A program made the position numbers and the translations under genes. The notes under the pieces were generated by a model. The model saw nothing but the letters and a program-made list of their open reading frames with translations, did not search any database and was not told the DNA's origin. Below, one piece after another: positions 1 to 12,766 of a DNA stretch of 63,835 bases (positions are counted from its first letter, which is position 1; each line of letters opens with the position of its first letter). Origin of the DNA: Octopus sinensis (taxonomy: Eukaryota); the NCBI RefSeq assembly GCF_006345805.1, contig NW_021831857.1, positions 1-63,835 on the forward strand, in the 5' to 3' direction.

Positions 1-2
1 CA

Positions 3-155
3 GTAGTACCAATAACTGTTGGAGCCCTGGGAACAGAGACTAAAAATCTTGAGAATTATATGAAACAAATAGGGGCTGCAGTAAGGGTAGAGTACTTGCA
101 GAAAACAGAACTGCTTGGAACCGTTCGAATACTCTGGATGGTGCTCAAAAAATAA
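3..155 (+). mobile_element. 3' end of an R4/Dong-like non-LTR retrotransposon (end of restriction-like endonuclease domain)
   Basis: Frame 3 reads VVPITVGALGT...LQKTELLGTVRILWMVLKK* (stop 153-155), matching the P-I-x-x-G-A-L-G ... LQK..LLGT..IL C-terminus of RLE-type LINEs. A short 3' UTR and an (AAC)n(TAA)n tract follow. Confidence 0.7.
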
Positions 156-219
156 GGGGTGTTACCTTAGTTCACCAAAGTAAATCTCCAGTGTTAGAAG
201 CTGTACAAAGACAATAAAA

Positions 220-235
220 TAACAACAACAACAAC

Positions 236-299
<64 letters not shown>
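220..299. repeat. (AAC)n(TAA)n microsatellite, tail or target of the upstream LINE
   Basis: Seen directly; it produces the poly-Leu ORF 172..405. Confidence 0.95.
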
Positions 300-639
300 T
301 CCTGATGCAGTACCAGGCAGTGGTTTTCATAGCTTTTGATCTTAACTTATTGGAAATGTTATCATGTACGTTGTTTGTCTTGGTATAAAAGATGGGTTGC
401 AGCAAATACCACAGATTTGCTAGTCAGTTGTTTGACCGTAACCAGGTGACCATGTAGTAGTTGATAATTTCAATGTATGAAGTTAAATGCTTCGCAAATT
501 TGACCAGCATTTTCACATTTCTGTTAATTTGCTCCATTTAAGAAACCTTAATCATTAAGAAAATAACGATTTACACATTTACATTTGAAATAAGTAACTT
601 CAGTCTCCTTGCCCAATGCCTCATCATTTAGCCATCATT

Positions 640-678
640 CTAGTTTATCTTTCCTTTTAGTCTTTGTAGTGTCTCATT
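640..678 (-). CDS. Candidate terminal exon of an unidentified minus-strand gene (NETLQRLKGKIN*)
   Basis: Strong polypyrimidine tract plus CAG acceptor (ttcttttctgtcttttgtgcag), then 12 codons and TAG. No homology recognised. Confidence 0.25.
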   Translation of the reverse strand, partial: NETLQRLKGKIN

Positions 679-1848
679 CTGCACAAAAGACAGAAAAGAA
701 ACATTTTTTAAAAATTCTAAAACCATTACAAGAGATAAAATCATACAGACCTGTCTACTCTGAGTTTTATTATAATAGAGCCTTTAAGATAAGATGGTCT
801 GTTGAAAATAGCATCTGAAACCATCTCAGAGATCTTTTTGTTCTCTTCAAAACCTTGGAATTTATTCACTTTGCATCGTTGAAAGTAAGAAATTCTGTCT
901 GAGATGGAAACATCTAAAAGAATCTTCATTCACAACAAGATCATTTGTCTTATTAAGTATGCTTTCATATTGTTTATGATGTGGTCTATGATTAATTCAA
1001 ACAATTTTATAATCAGTCAAATTGATCAATTCAAATTCCATTCCCCAAGTGAAATTCCTTGAATAAAAGACTTTTCATCCAATCGTTTCTTCATTGTTTC
1101 AAAAGAGTCTACGCCATGACGAATTGAATTCTTTGTCCAGTCCACAATATGTATTGTCGCTAAGGAGTTGATAAGAAAGAATATCTCAAACAATGCAATT
1201 GTACATAACTAATGAATCAAAGAAGTATTGTTTCAAAGAAATGCAAGTAATAAAATATCAGAGAGCCACAAATTTAATCAATTTTTATTATTGGTTGCAG
1301 ATTTTAAATTGCTCCACCAAGACAAATTGTCCTTTTAAAAGGATGAAATGCTTCCATTTTGACTTGCTACCAAAACATTGATAGTCCATTTTTATTTTGT
1401 TTTATTTATTTACATTTTATTTATTTTATCCATTTGTGTGTGCATATGTATATCCATGTGTATGTGTGTGTGTATACGTATGCATATATGTATGTATGTG
1501 TATGCATATGCTTGTATGATCATTTGTCCTTCTTATTCCTCTGCTTGTGTCTCACTTGTTTTTTGTCTCTCATTTCATCTGCTTATCTTCATTCTTTCTC
1601 TCCTCATCTGCTCTGTCCGAGTCCATCCCCTTCACAAAGGCTCTTCTGATCTCCCATAACCCTACTACTTATGCAAAGCCAGCTCAAGGTACCGACAACT
1701 CAGGCAGTCACACGGGGCACTGTATGCTAGGGGGCGCCAGGGAGGGCATGACAAAGACAAGGAAATTTCCACAACCGTCAGCTTATACATGCCGAAGTTC
1801 AGCTTGCCCAGGGCACCAGCAACCTTAGAACCGGCCCTGTACTTACAC

Positions 1849-1968
1849 CTGACACATTCTTTCTAAACTTGGATCAGCTATAAGTCCTATCGTTTTTGTT
1901 ATACCTCTCTCTTTGGTCAAGGACTTCAATCCAACAACCTGCCATTCATTTCTTTCTCTTAACAGTAC
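1849..1968 (-). CDS. Candidate internal exon of an unidentified minus-strand gene (VLLRERNEWQVVGLKSLTKERGITKTIGLIADPSLERMCQ)
   Basis: tacAG acceptor, 40 open codons, and a donor at CAG|gtgtaagt (alternative GT|gtaagt 2 nt further). Protein-like composition; no homology recognised. Confidence 0.35.
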
Positions 1969-2789
1969 CTGTACTAACAATAATTATGGTTTGCTTTTTT
2001 CCCTCCACTCGAAAGACATTCTCTATTTAAATTTCTTTTCTTATCTTGTGCTCTATTTATCTCAGCCATAAAAATTATTTTTGCATCTTTCTAAGACAAC
2101 AGTTTTAGAATATTTACTTCAGCTCATTTCTCGTAAATTTCCCAGTATTTTGGCGTGCTTGTCATTCTTTTCCGTAACCTAAATTTTCTAACATCATCCT
2201 GTATTCCCTAGTGTCCTCCATTATACATCCACTAGCACACTGCATCGAGCAATCCTGTTGTTAAACATGCTGAAGTTGTTACAGTCTTCAGCAACAGTTG
2301 ATGAAATGCTGTTCAGAGTTTGCATCATTTTACTTGGTGTCTGTGCCTTATCTTTTATCTATTTGCAATTCCGCACTGAAGTACACACATAAAAATTTAC
2401 ACACACATGCTGTCATTGCTTTAGTTTTAATTTTGTGTTTATATGTGCACTGTTAAAATGTTTTGTTGAAAAATGACTAAAAACACACTCCGGATAAGAT
2501 CTTCGTCTGTCCATCTTTTACCTTCTCAGAATGGATTGTTTTATTTCACTCAGTGTAACATTTGATTATATATGTACATATACAAACATATACAAGCATT
2601 CATACTAGCATATATATGTTATTCACATAACACAGATATTTATACATACACATATATTATATATACATATCAAAGAGTCTCATTTCTGTGTTAGGAACAG
2701 GTTCTTTCTGTATCAGGGAGAAATTTGTAAAACACAAGCATAGTTAAGATGTATCAGTCCGTCTGTCCATGCATGTATGCATGCATACA

Positions 2790-3106
2790 TATTAGGGGCA
2801 ATGTTATGTAACATCATAGAGGTTAGCTGCCCTGAAGATATAAATATCTCATTGAAAATCAAAGAGAAAGAGGATGCCTATGGACAACTGCTTCAAAACC
2901 TCCAGCTTCTATATCCAGACTATGATTTCATATTCCTACCAATAATAATTGGAGTACTAGGTTTTGTTAGTAAATGCTTAAAGGAGAATCTGCATAAACT
3001 GGGATTTTCAGAAAGAGAAATCATCTGGTTCATTCATACATTACAAATGCAATCTGTATGTAGAACAGTAAAAATATGCAAGACTTTTCTCAAGTTCCAA
3101 ATGTGA
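2790..3106 (+). mobile_element. 5'-truncated RLE-type (R2/R4/NeSL-like) LINE fragment
   Basis: ORF 2777..3106 contains IIEVSCPED...KEKEDAY...PIIIGVLGFV...TVKICKTFLKF, the ExxxP...K..KY endonuclease tail of RLE elements. Confidence 0.65.
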
Positions 3107-3204
3107 ACTTGTCTGCATTAACAACATCCCAAAGATGGAGCCTTATATCTTTGTTACTGGCTCCCTCCTCACTGGAAGATTTTTACTAACCAAAAAATAG
3201 AAGA

Positions 3205-5835
3205 CATCCATACATGCATGATAGCTGCCCCCTCGTTATCGAGTATGACCATTGCAAGAAGCTTAACTGTTACTGGTGCTGTGATCGAATGTGACTTTTT
3301 TAGCCCAGCTAAAGATCTACAATGTCTTGTACAGAATTGGCAACTAAAACCTTCATCGGCAATAGCCGGCTGTAGTTGTAACTGGGCTTCATGTACCTTT
3401 GCATGTCGTTTAAGTCCTCCTGCTGAATTACACTCTCTTCCACATTCCCAACAGATATGATTAGTATGGTGTGTTACACCAACACCAGTGGCCAGGTTGT
3501 CACTCATCTGTCTCGCTTTATGACTACAAAGATGACTCATGAGTCCAGCTTTACTGCGGTAGGGTCTTGTACAGACATTGCATGTCAGAATCAAAGGAAG
3601 ACCCTTCCCTTCTGAAAGTGTAACAGCAATGCCCTTCCTGACATCCCTCCTTACTTTCTCATGTGCAACTCGAGATTTTTCAAACGTGGCCGTCTCCTCA
3701 TGCACAATCCTTCTCCACCTGCTACGATCAATAGCTATGCCTTCTCATGTGTCAGGAGAGATGCAAGCATCTCTTAAGGAAGCCTTCAGTAAGTCCTTAT
3801 ACCTCTTTTTTGGTTTATGTGGAGGTCGTTCTCCTTTAGCTAACTCTCCATAAAAGAGTTGTTTTGGCATCCTTGAATCCTTCATCCTGACCACTCCATC
3901 TGAGCCTTTGCTTTAACACAAGAGCTTCTATACTTTTACACCAAGAGCCTTCCAATAACTCAAGATCACTGATACGGTCCTCCCACTTAATGCCATAGTT
4001 TGCCTGAGACACATCTGATGGAAACCTTCCAGTTGCTTAAGGTGGTATCTATATGTGACCCACGTCTCACAGGCATAGAGAAGAGAAAGGAGCACACATG
4101 CCTTGTACACTTTTATCTTTGTCTTTCTGCATATGTCTCGCCGACTCCAGAGGCGCCTTTCTAGCCTTCCGAAAGCATCACTTGCTTTCCTAATTCTGTA
4201 TGGAACTTCATCATCCACATTGCCATATCTATTAACAGTGCTTCCCAGATAGACAAACAGATCAGCTACACAAAGTCGTTTACCATATGCAAAGATATTT
4301 GGTTCACTATACTGCTTACTAGGGGCAGGTTGGTACATGACAACAGTTTTCTTGAGATTGACTGTCAATCCTAAGGTAGTGCAAGCATCAGAGAATGCAT
4401 TCGAAATGTGTTGCATATTAATCTGTGTGTGCAACTAGGTCCCAATCATCTGCATACAAAAGGTCTCTTATGATATTAAATATGCTGCCAGAGGTTTAAT
4501 AATGGATATAAACACCATATCTGCAGTTTCTGAATGCAATACAGAAAACCATCACAAAATATATGGCAAATTGGGTCGGTGCCAGAATATCCCCCTGTTT
4601 AACTCCATTTTGTATTGAGATAGGCTCCCTCTAACAATAACCCTACTATTCATGTCTTCATGAAAAGACCTAACCAAAGCAAGGAACTTTTCAGGACACC
4701 CAAGTTTCTGGAGGACTTTCCACAGTGCATTTCTATTAACTGTATCAAAGGCTTTTGTCAGATCAACAAAAACCTGATATAAATCCAGACCCTGTTCCAC
4801 ACATTTCTCCTGAAGCTGTCTAGCTGAATTGATCACATCAGCAGTGCCGCATCCCACATGAAAGCCAGATTGACTTTCTGGAACACAATATGCAACGTGT
4901 TTCAGCAGATGATCCAAAAGTACCCTGCCTAAAACCTTTTCTATGACAGAAAGCAATGATATTCCCCTATAGTTACCACAATCATTCCTGTTGCCCTTTC
5001 CCTTATATAAGACCACCATTACTGTATCTCTCCAGTCCTCAGGTACAGATTCACTAGTCCATATCATACCAAACAAAGAGTGAAGTTCCTGCAGAAGTTT
5101 CTCACCACCATGCTGTAACAACTCTGCATATATGCCATCCATACCCGGAGACTTCCCATTATTAATCCTTGAGACAGCCACTGCAACTTCTTCCAGCTTT
5201 GGTGGTTCTGTGAGAGCTGCCTTCACAGGTAATCCAGGGATGAGATTGAGAACATCCTCACTAACTACAGACTGCTGATTCAATAGTTCATCAAAGTGTT
5301 CTTGCCATCTTTGCAAAATTCCTTGTGAATCATGAATAAGTTCTTTACCATCCCTGCTTTGAAGTGGTGTCATCAGAGAAGAAATCGGTCCATAAACTTC
5401 TCGTAAGAGACCATACAACAGCTTTGTGTTATTGGAATCTGATGCTGCCTGTGTCTCATCAGCTCTCTTACTCCACCATGTATCCCTCATCTGAGAAAGC
5501 CTCCACTTCACATGTGATTTTACATCCTTGAGTTCCCCATGCAACACTTCCCTCTCCTGTGGCTTTGCTGACAAATAGCATGACAAAATACATCTTTTAT
5601 CAGCCAATAAATCATCTATATGTTCATCATTTTCTTTAAACCAATCTTGATGCTTTCTTTGCATCAATCCCAGAACTTTCCTGCCTATATCAAAGACTGA
5701 CTTTTTAAGGGTCGGCCAATCCTCCCCAATATCTGTAGCATTCATTTCCTCTCGTAAAAGTCTCTTCACACTATTTCACTTAAGACGAGCAACATTCAGT
5801 CTTTTAGGTAGGGTAATACCTGCAGCCTGGATTTT
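3205..5835 (-). mobile_element. RTE-clade (BovB-like) LINE, 5'-truncated, frameshifted reverse transcriptase
   Basis: ORFs 4552..5769 (KHQDWF; GKSPGMDGI; NYRGISLLS; PESQSGF; FVDLTKAFDTV), 3928..4434 (YLGS; RIRKASDAFGRL; LLYACETW) and 3169..3705 (C-terminal zinc-finger-like motifs). The typical 3' end ggtcatactcgataacgagggg is followed by a short tetranucleotide tail. Confidence 0.92.
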
Positions 5836-6213
5836 ACATTACATTACATTACATTGCATTGCATGCATACATGCATACATACTGTACATACATGCATATC
5901 CTCACTGCTATAAATAAATGCTTATTATTGTTAGACACTATAATCCCACCAAAATGGAAACAGCATTTAAATCCTTTAAAAATCAAGTTAATGTAGATAA
6001 CAGTTCTAGATACACGACCCCTCCATAAAAAGACAGGACAGTCATGGCTGGAAGACCTTTCATCATGGACATTCTTGAGCAGCCTCATTCTGCAACCAAA
6101 CAATGGAGTAACCCTAAGTGTAGCTATTTTATAAACGTTTTACTCGTAGATCAATTACTTTATCCACATTGGACGATAACGTCTGTATTTGATGTTTACA
6201 GACTGCATTTATT

Positions 6214-6508
6214 GGCATGTGGCCTTGTGGTTAGGGTGTTGTACTCATGATCTCTAGAATGTGGGTTCAATTGCCAGACTGGACAGTGTGTTGTGATCTT
6301 GAGCAAAACACTTCATTTCACCTTGCACCAGTCCACTCAGTCGTCAATGGGTCACCTTGTGACAGAATAGCCTTCTGATCAAAGGGAATGTTGGCCTGCT
6401 GCCTTAGCCAGTGAGGCGGCATCATTCGAAAGCTAAAACGATGCAAAGCACATTGTGACCAGTGATGTATAACAACATCTGATTGTCTCATCGATCACGT
6501 GATCACTG
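6214..6508 (+). mobile_element. tRNA-derived SINE
   Basis: A-box-like TGGCCTTGTGG and B-box-like GGTTCAATTGCC head. The body (cttgagcaaaacacttcatttcac ... gcacattgtgaccagtgatgt) is shared with the copies at 37225 and 54225. Confidence 0.7.
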
Positions 6509-7779
6509 GCTGTATTTCATGAAGTGTTTTATGAAAATGAGAAATGCATTTAGGACACTACAGTAAGGTAATGAAAATGTTGTGTTGTTGTTGGCTGGTC
6601 TGAGTTGCTGAATGAAAATGTATTTCTCAGGTTGTGTGAAGAAATAACTGAACAACAACCTGGAAACATTTAACAGAAGATTTTATGGCACTCAGTGTTT
6701 CAATTGTGTTGGTCTTTTACAAATACTAGCAGTAATAATTAAATAGTAGGGGAAGACATACTGCTCGGAGGTTATGACAAACTTACTGATTTAGCAATCT
6801 GTGGTTGGCCCATCATAACTCGAAAATAATTGCACGATATTTGTGGAGATGAAAATTCCTCTGTCTATTATCAGCCATCTGTCTTAACTGAATGGAGATG
6901 GCAAGGATGGAGACTCGACATGCTGCCAGGCAAAAGGTGAGACGTGCGAATGAATTGGCTGGTCTCAATGCTCTGCCAAAAGTTTTGATGCTAAAAGTGG
7001 TCTTTTTATAGGGTACAAGCAAAAAGTTCTAGAAAATCGAATCACATGATGGCTAGATACTAGTTGGTGGCTTAATGGACCGATCACATGAAACTACTGT
7101 GATTTGGTCATGATGTCTGACTGGCTAACTAGTAGTTCGGTTCTGAACCACCACTACAAAAGCAATAAAACTAAAATAAGTCCTTTTTTCAGATCACAGA
7201 GTATATTGTGGTGAGGTTATTAACAAAAGAAGTGAAGCAGCAAGATTGTCAGATGTGTTTCTTAAGAAATTTCCAAACAATTCTTAATGATGATAAAGTC
7301 TAAAAGATGTAACTTCATTAAGAATTGGAAAAGACAATAAAACATAACTTTTGTGTCTAGCCCTATAGATTCAATAGAATTGGTTGACTGAAAAAAGATA
7401 AGTTTGAACAAAAATGATGACTTCTTTGAAGATGTTAATTCAGGATTTTTCAAAGTCATTAATTAAAAACAATCTTTTAACAAACGATATTCAGTTACAT
7501 TCCTGTCATGTTATAAATTCATAGAATGATCGAAATTAGCCAGTTCGAGATATGACAAAACGACATACAAGCAGAACATTTTAACACTTTCTGTTCATTT
7601 TAATGTAAGGTAAAATATAAAACCAAATGTTTTTGCTTGTTGCTTAGCCCTTATTACGAGGAGACCAATGGTCAAAGTCAGACTAGCATTCACCATCTCA
7701 TCTCTTACTCATTGTGTATCTAAGATTACATCATACAATGTTACTGTTCTTTGGGGGGGGGGCGAGAAAGAATGTATAT

Positions 7780-7980
7780 TGCTTTCATATTTAGGCACTA
7801 CACCAGTAATTTCGAGGGAGAGGTCAAGTTGATTACTAGTAATTAACTGGTACTTATTTTATCAACCCCGAAAGAATGAAAGATAAAGTCAACGTCGACG
7901 GAATTTGAACTCAGAACGTAAATATGGACGCAACGCCACAAAAGTATTTTCCTCGTGATTCTGCCTGTTCACCGCCTTCA
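7780..7980 (-). mobile_element. Degenerate tRNA-derived SINE (same family as 11370-11784)
   Basis: Shares ggtacttatttt-atcaaccccgaaag-atgaaag-aaagtcaac-cggaatttgaactcagaacgta with the 11.4-kb copy. Confidence 0.7.
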
Positions 7981-8152
7981 GAAACGATGTATATTAACAA
8001 TGAATGACAAGTATATTATTTCTAGTGGGTTAACCAATGATATAGATGCTATCTTATCGGCGGCAGTTTTTTTTCCAACAGGGAAAGGATATTAGAGATA
8101 TTGTTTTAGGAAGGTTGAACCACCTTAGAAAGGAAATAATAAATTTTCTTAC

Positions 8153-8275
8153 CTTATGTTGTTCTTCTAATTGAATCCCCAGCACAGAAAACGATTTTGA
8201 ATGTTTGTCTAGAACGCTAGACTGAGAACATTTGATGCTAAGAATATTTAAACTGTAGTCTTCTTTAAAAACATA
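8153..8275 (-). CDS. Candidate internal exon of an unidentified minus-strand gene (YVFKEDYSLNILSIKCSQSSVLDKHSKSFSVLGIQLEEQHK)
   Basis: ccttatttttttAG acceptor and AAG|gtaaga donor; 123 nt; only the phase 0/0 frame is open. Confidence 0.35.
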
Positions 8276-8639
8276 CTAAAAAATAAGGCATTACACAAGC
8301 AGTGTAACTGCCGTCATTCTGCCCGATGTTTTAAATGCTACAAGGATTGTTCTGATGGTGTATCCTTCGGTGTGCAGCAGAATAACCCCAACAAACATTG
8401 AATATTCTTGAGAGTAAACATATTCTGTTCCGATGTTTATTTTCGTAACATTTTTCGTCTTCTATTTCCCCGCCTTTGGTGAAGATATTATTTGCATATT
8501 TGCTGTCGTTTATGCTTCATATTTCTTGAGATAACCAAAGACATTGTATCTAAGACATTGAAACAACGTCGGGCATTTGCAGGGCTTACGTAGTGTAATC
8601 GAATCGGGGGTGTACACACGGCTCTCAAAACAGCTCAGC

Positions 8640-8815
8640 ATAGTAAGCTGGCAGAATCGTTCGCATGCCGGGTAAAATACTTAGTGGCCTTTCGTATGGC
8701 CTTATGTTCTGAATCCAAATTCTGCCAAGGTAGATTTTGATTTTCATCCTTTTGGGGGTCAATAAAGTAGGTACCTGTTGAACATGTAATCGACTTAGCC
8801 CCTTCTAAATTTGTG
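8640..8815 (+). mobile_element. Degenerate tRNA-derived SINE
   Basis: aagctggcagaatcgtt...ttctgaatccaaattctgcc...ttttcatccttttggggtcaataaa matches the 11.4-kb family in the opposite orientation. Confidence 0.65.
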
Positions 8816-10179
8816 TCTAAATTTGAAATCGATATTTTGATGATAATGGGCAATGATTATTTACTAAACCAAGGGCTGAAAATTTTTGCCAAGGCATGTT
8901 TGCATTCGATGATTATCGACGAGCTGGAAAGCATGCATACACACTCTTTTCTTTCTTTTGTTTTGTTTGACGAGAGTGAATTGATGCGCTGGGATTTTTA
9001 TGGCCAGATTCTTTTCCTGTCCCAACGCTTATCTCTTCTTTTATGTGAGGAATTTTAATTTCAAACAAATTCAAAAGTAGTACAGAAGTATGTGGCCGAT
9101 TTAGTTGAGAGGAAACATCAACAACCTTTACTGGTTGCAGCCTAACCAAATCAATAATATCATTATCCATAGGCGGGTCAACAAAAAGGTACTACATCCA
9201 TACGCGTTGCTCTGCGTTGCTTTGTAAATATTCACACGAACACGCACTCGCGCACACACGCCTATATACATGTACGACGGGCTTTTTTCAGCATCCGTGA
9301 GATTTGAGAATTGAGACACACAGTGAGGTTAGAGATGGAGACGATGAGAAGAGACATATTTTGTGTGAAGTATAAGGTTGCTTGTAGTATAATAGAGGGC
9401 GATAAGTTGTTATAAAAAACGAGCGTACACACACACACATATTTAGGAGTGTTGTGTTAGTGTAGACTAGGTATTTGAATTCACTCGGGCTTTATTTCTT
9501 CCGGTAAAACCTGCCATTCATTCTGTAGGTTTTCTTTTAACTCCACATAAGCTCCATAGGCTAAAAACAAGTTTTCCTGTATGCTAGAATAGGACTATAA
9601 CAATAATTCGAAACCTAACTACTGGATAACCGGTCAGACACTATGAAAAAAAGCAACCACCATTGTTTCACGAGATCGGTTTATTAATTAACCAACCAGC
9701 ATGAGGCTGTGGCGTAATATAGTCTTCTCAAATATTCTTTTGTTTCCTATAAAAACCGTTTTAGGTGCTCAATTAATAGCAGAATGTTGAAAGTGGCTGA
9801 CTATTTGGTGCACCTCCTCTCTTGCCATACGAACAGTTTTAGACATTTGTGCAGACAACTGCAGGTTCTCAGACAAATCCATTCTGAACATTCACACAAC
9901 GTCTCGTAAGTAACTTCCATAGATGCAACGCGGTTTCTCTCTCTCACCCATTCAGCAATTATTAGTGTTGCACATTGTGAAGAGCCAACACTAAATATCT
10001 TTATGTTCGGCAATAAATATTTCAGTTAAATGTTCGCAAGTGTGCTTCAGTTATTATTCACACAGTCAACGAAATATATCTTCGTTTAGCAGCTCCACTT
10101 CACTCCCACCAAACCACCTTGCTATAGAACAATAACACTGGAAACAAGGTCCATTGTTTCAATGCCAAGTGACTGAGAT

Positions 10180-10335
10180 CACTCACAAACTGCCCACCCC
10201 CGTTGGTTACGGCGATGGGGGTTTCAGTTGATCTAATCAACGGAACAGCCTGCTTGTGAAATTAACGTGCAAGTGGCTGAGCACCCCACAGATACGCGTA
10301 CCCCTAACGTAGTTCTCGGGGAGAATCAACATCTC
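10180..10335 (+). mobile_element. Fragment of an interspersed SINE-like repeat
   Basis: gttgatctaatcaacggaacagcctgcttgtgaaattaacgtgcaagtggctgagcac is recalled as a common octopus repeat core; not verified by search. Confidence 0.45.
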
Positions 10336-10371
10336 TATACTTACAAATACACACACACATGTGTGTGCGTG

Positions 10372-10409
<38 letters not shown>

Positions 10410-10418
10410 AATGTCGTA

Positions 10419-10488
<70 letters not shown>

Positions 10489-11369
10489 ACTTCAACGTAT
10501 ATTGGAGGAATACAACGATTTTATTGTAAAATATTTGAAACCTAAAGGAGAACGTGTATATCTAATGTTCCCTTCCTCAGAAATGGCTGTCAGTGTTCAC
10601 CTGAAAATAAATTAATGAATTGCTATAAGTATTCAACGATGAAAGCTAGTTTGTATTTCGCTTTCTGGCCCAAACAAAACTTATGTTAGTAAACTGGGTC
10701 CCAATGGCAGACAGGATAAAAAACCAAAGTTGGCGTTGTTATGACAACGTAGGTAAGGAAGAATATGACAGCAATAGGCAGAACGTTTATACTTACTCTC
10801 TGCGATAGTTCTAATTACTGTTCTCGTTATTTCCTTGGGTCCATGCCCCAAAACGTTTTCGATCCTTTTTGATCATTTTCGGAAAGAAATATTCTACATT
10901 GTATTGTTCCGTCTGCGTTCAGCCTTGCGTGACTAACAATTAAATCTATCCTCACCATATCAATGCAACATCGGAGTGAATGTATTTGAGTGTTCAGTAA
11001 CTGTTGTTATGGGTTTATTCTTGTTTCAATTTTCAACGACCCAATTCACTGGATATAATAAGATCTACAGGCAGGATGGTCAATGGTCATGTAATGTGTG
11101 GCGTCACCAGTGAATTTTCCAATGTTTTAAAAAGATACCATTTCAGTTATTTTTTCTGAAAATAAAGCTCAATTGATTTTCTCTGTTTTGTTCCTTATCA
11201 GTGGAAAGTGGTTGATTGTGTGGTACTTTTCGGTTAAGCATGAATTACTATTCTTGAAGCTGTTACTTCCATCTCATCTTTAATCGATTAGCTCTTAAAT
11301 CAGCCGTATTCAGCCAAAACATTCTCCGTTTTAAGTTCAAACTGACCAAATCTGGCCTCTCACACCTAT

Positions 11370-11784
11370 TTCTTTACAACCCACAAGGGGCTAAACACAG
11401 AGAGGACAAACAAGGACAGACAAACGGATTAAGTCGATTATATCGACCCCAGTGCGTAACTGGTACTTATTTAATCGACCCCGAAAAGACGAAAGTCAAA
11501 GTCGACCTCGGCAGAATCTGAACTCAGAACGTGACGGCAGACGAGATACCTATTTCTTTACTAGCCACAAGGGGCTAAACACAGAGAGGACAAACAAGGA
11601 CAGACAAATGGATTAAGTCGATTATATCGACTCCAGTGCGTAACTGGTTCTTATTTAATCGACCCCGAAAGGATGAAAGGCAAAGTCGACCTCGGCGGAA
11701 TTTGAACTCAGAACGTGACGGCAGACGAGATACCGATAAGCATTTCGCCCGGCTTGCTAACGTTTCTGCCAGCTCGCCGCCTTG
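11370..11784 (-). mobile_element. Dimeric tRNA-derived SINE with an 18-bp target-site duplication
   Basis: A full copy (11556-11784) plus a headless second copy. The direct repeat ctggcctctcacacctat flanks it at 11352-11369 and 11785-11802. Confidence 0.88.
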
Positions 11785-12589
11785 CTGGCCTCTCACACCT
11801 ATCCTACTATGTCATTCTAAAAAAGTAAGCAATCACATCATTAAAATCTCAAAGCTACAAGATAATGCATTATTAATTCAAAGCAATTTGAATAAATAAG
11901 GATTACATTTGACAGAAATCTGAATGACTATTTTGTTCTACTGAGAATTCGTTTTTAAGAGCAGGTTACATCAACACAAGAGGTTTCTTTTAAAAACTCT
12001 CACTGAGTGAACACCAAATTACACTCAAGGCACATCAGCCAGAGCCAGGTGTTCTTTGAGATGTCCGTCTTGGACAGAGTCCATTCTTTGGTTGTTCCCA
12101 TTGGTGTAGTGTGTGTTTAGTGCTTTACTGGTTTCAATTATTGGACTTTGACTGGAGCACTATTCTCAAGAGTCGATATATCGATCTGATTGGTCCCTGT
12201 TTTATCGACCGTCAAACGGTGGAAAACAATATCTAATTCAGAAAGTATAGAGATGCAGTTAAATATCATTTACAATGTAATCCATCGATCTATCGATTCT
12301 ACTATTATATACATACATACATGCCTGCTTGCATGCATATATATTATCTTTACATAGATAGATACACACGCGCGCACACACACACACACACAACACACAC
12401 ACACACACACACAAGTCCATATATCCGCATGTAAGTGTCGATGTATGTATGTATGTATGTATGTATGTATGTATGCATGTATGTATGTGTGTGCATGTAT
12501 GTGTGTGTGTATGTAATAATAATAATATGTAAAGCATCGTCACAAAGCCTGAAATGCAGTGTGGTGGCGGTGGTGGTGGTGGGGAGGAG

Positions 12590-12766
12590 GGGCATAATCG
12601 ATTTAATCGACGCCAGCACTTGGCTCGTGCTTTTTATCGATCTTCGGTAGGATGAAAAGTAAAGTCAACTCTGGTGGGATTTGGACTCACAGCGTAAAGG
12701 GACATAATTAAATACCACAAGGCATTTTATCTGCCACTTTACCGATTCTGTCAGTCCACCGCCTTT
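12590..12766 (-). mobile_element. Degenerate tRNA-derived SINE
   Basis: ttatcgatcttcggtaggatgaaaagtaaagtcaactctggtgggatttggactc...gattctgtcagtccaccgcctt, same family as 11370-11784. Confidence 0.6.

Noticed and set aside
740-1370. Protein-like minus-strand frames (e.g. IVDWTKNSIRHG; ORF 741..929)
   Set aside because: Multiple stops and frameshifts, no consistent donor sites and no recognised family.
1700-1839. GC-rich segment ending in ccttagaaccggccctg, a possible MITE end
   Set aside because: No matching opposite terminus or TSD was found.
3169-3705. Host C2H2 zinc-finger gene
   Set aside because: It is contiguous and co-oriented with the RTE RT and ends at the LINE 3' terminus.
6214-6300. 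tRNA genes at SINE heads (also 13590-13672, 37225, 54225, 58809)
   Set aside because: They have A and B boxes but no full cloverleaf, and they continue into SINE bodies.
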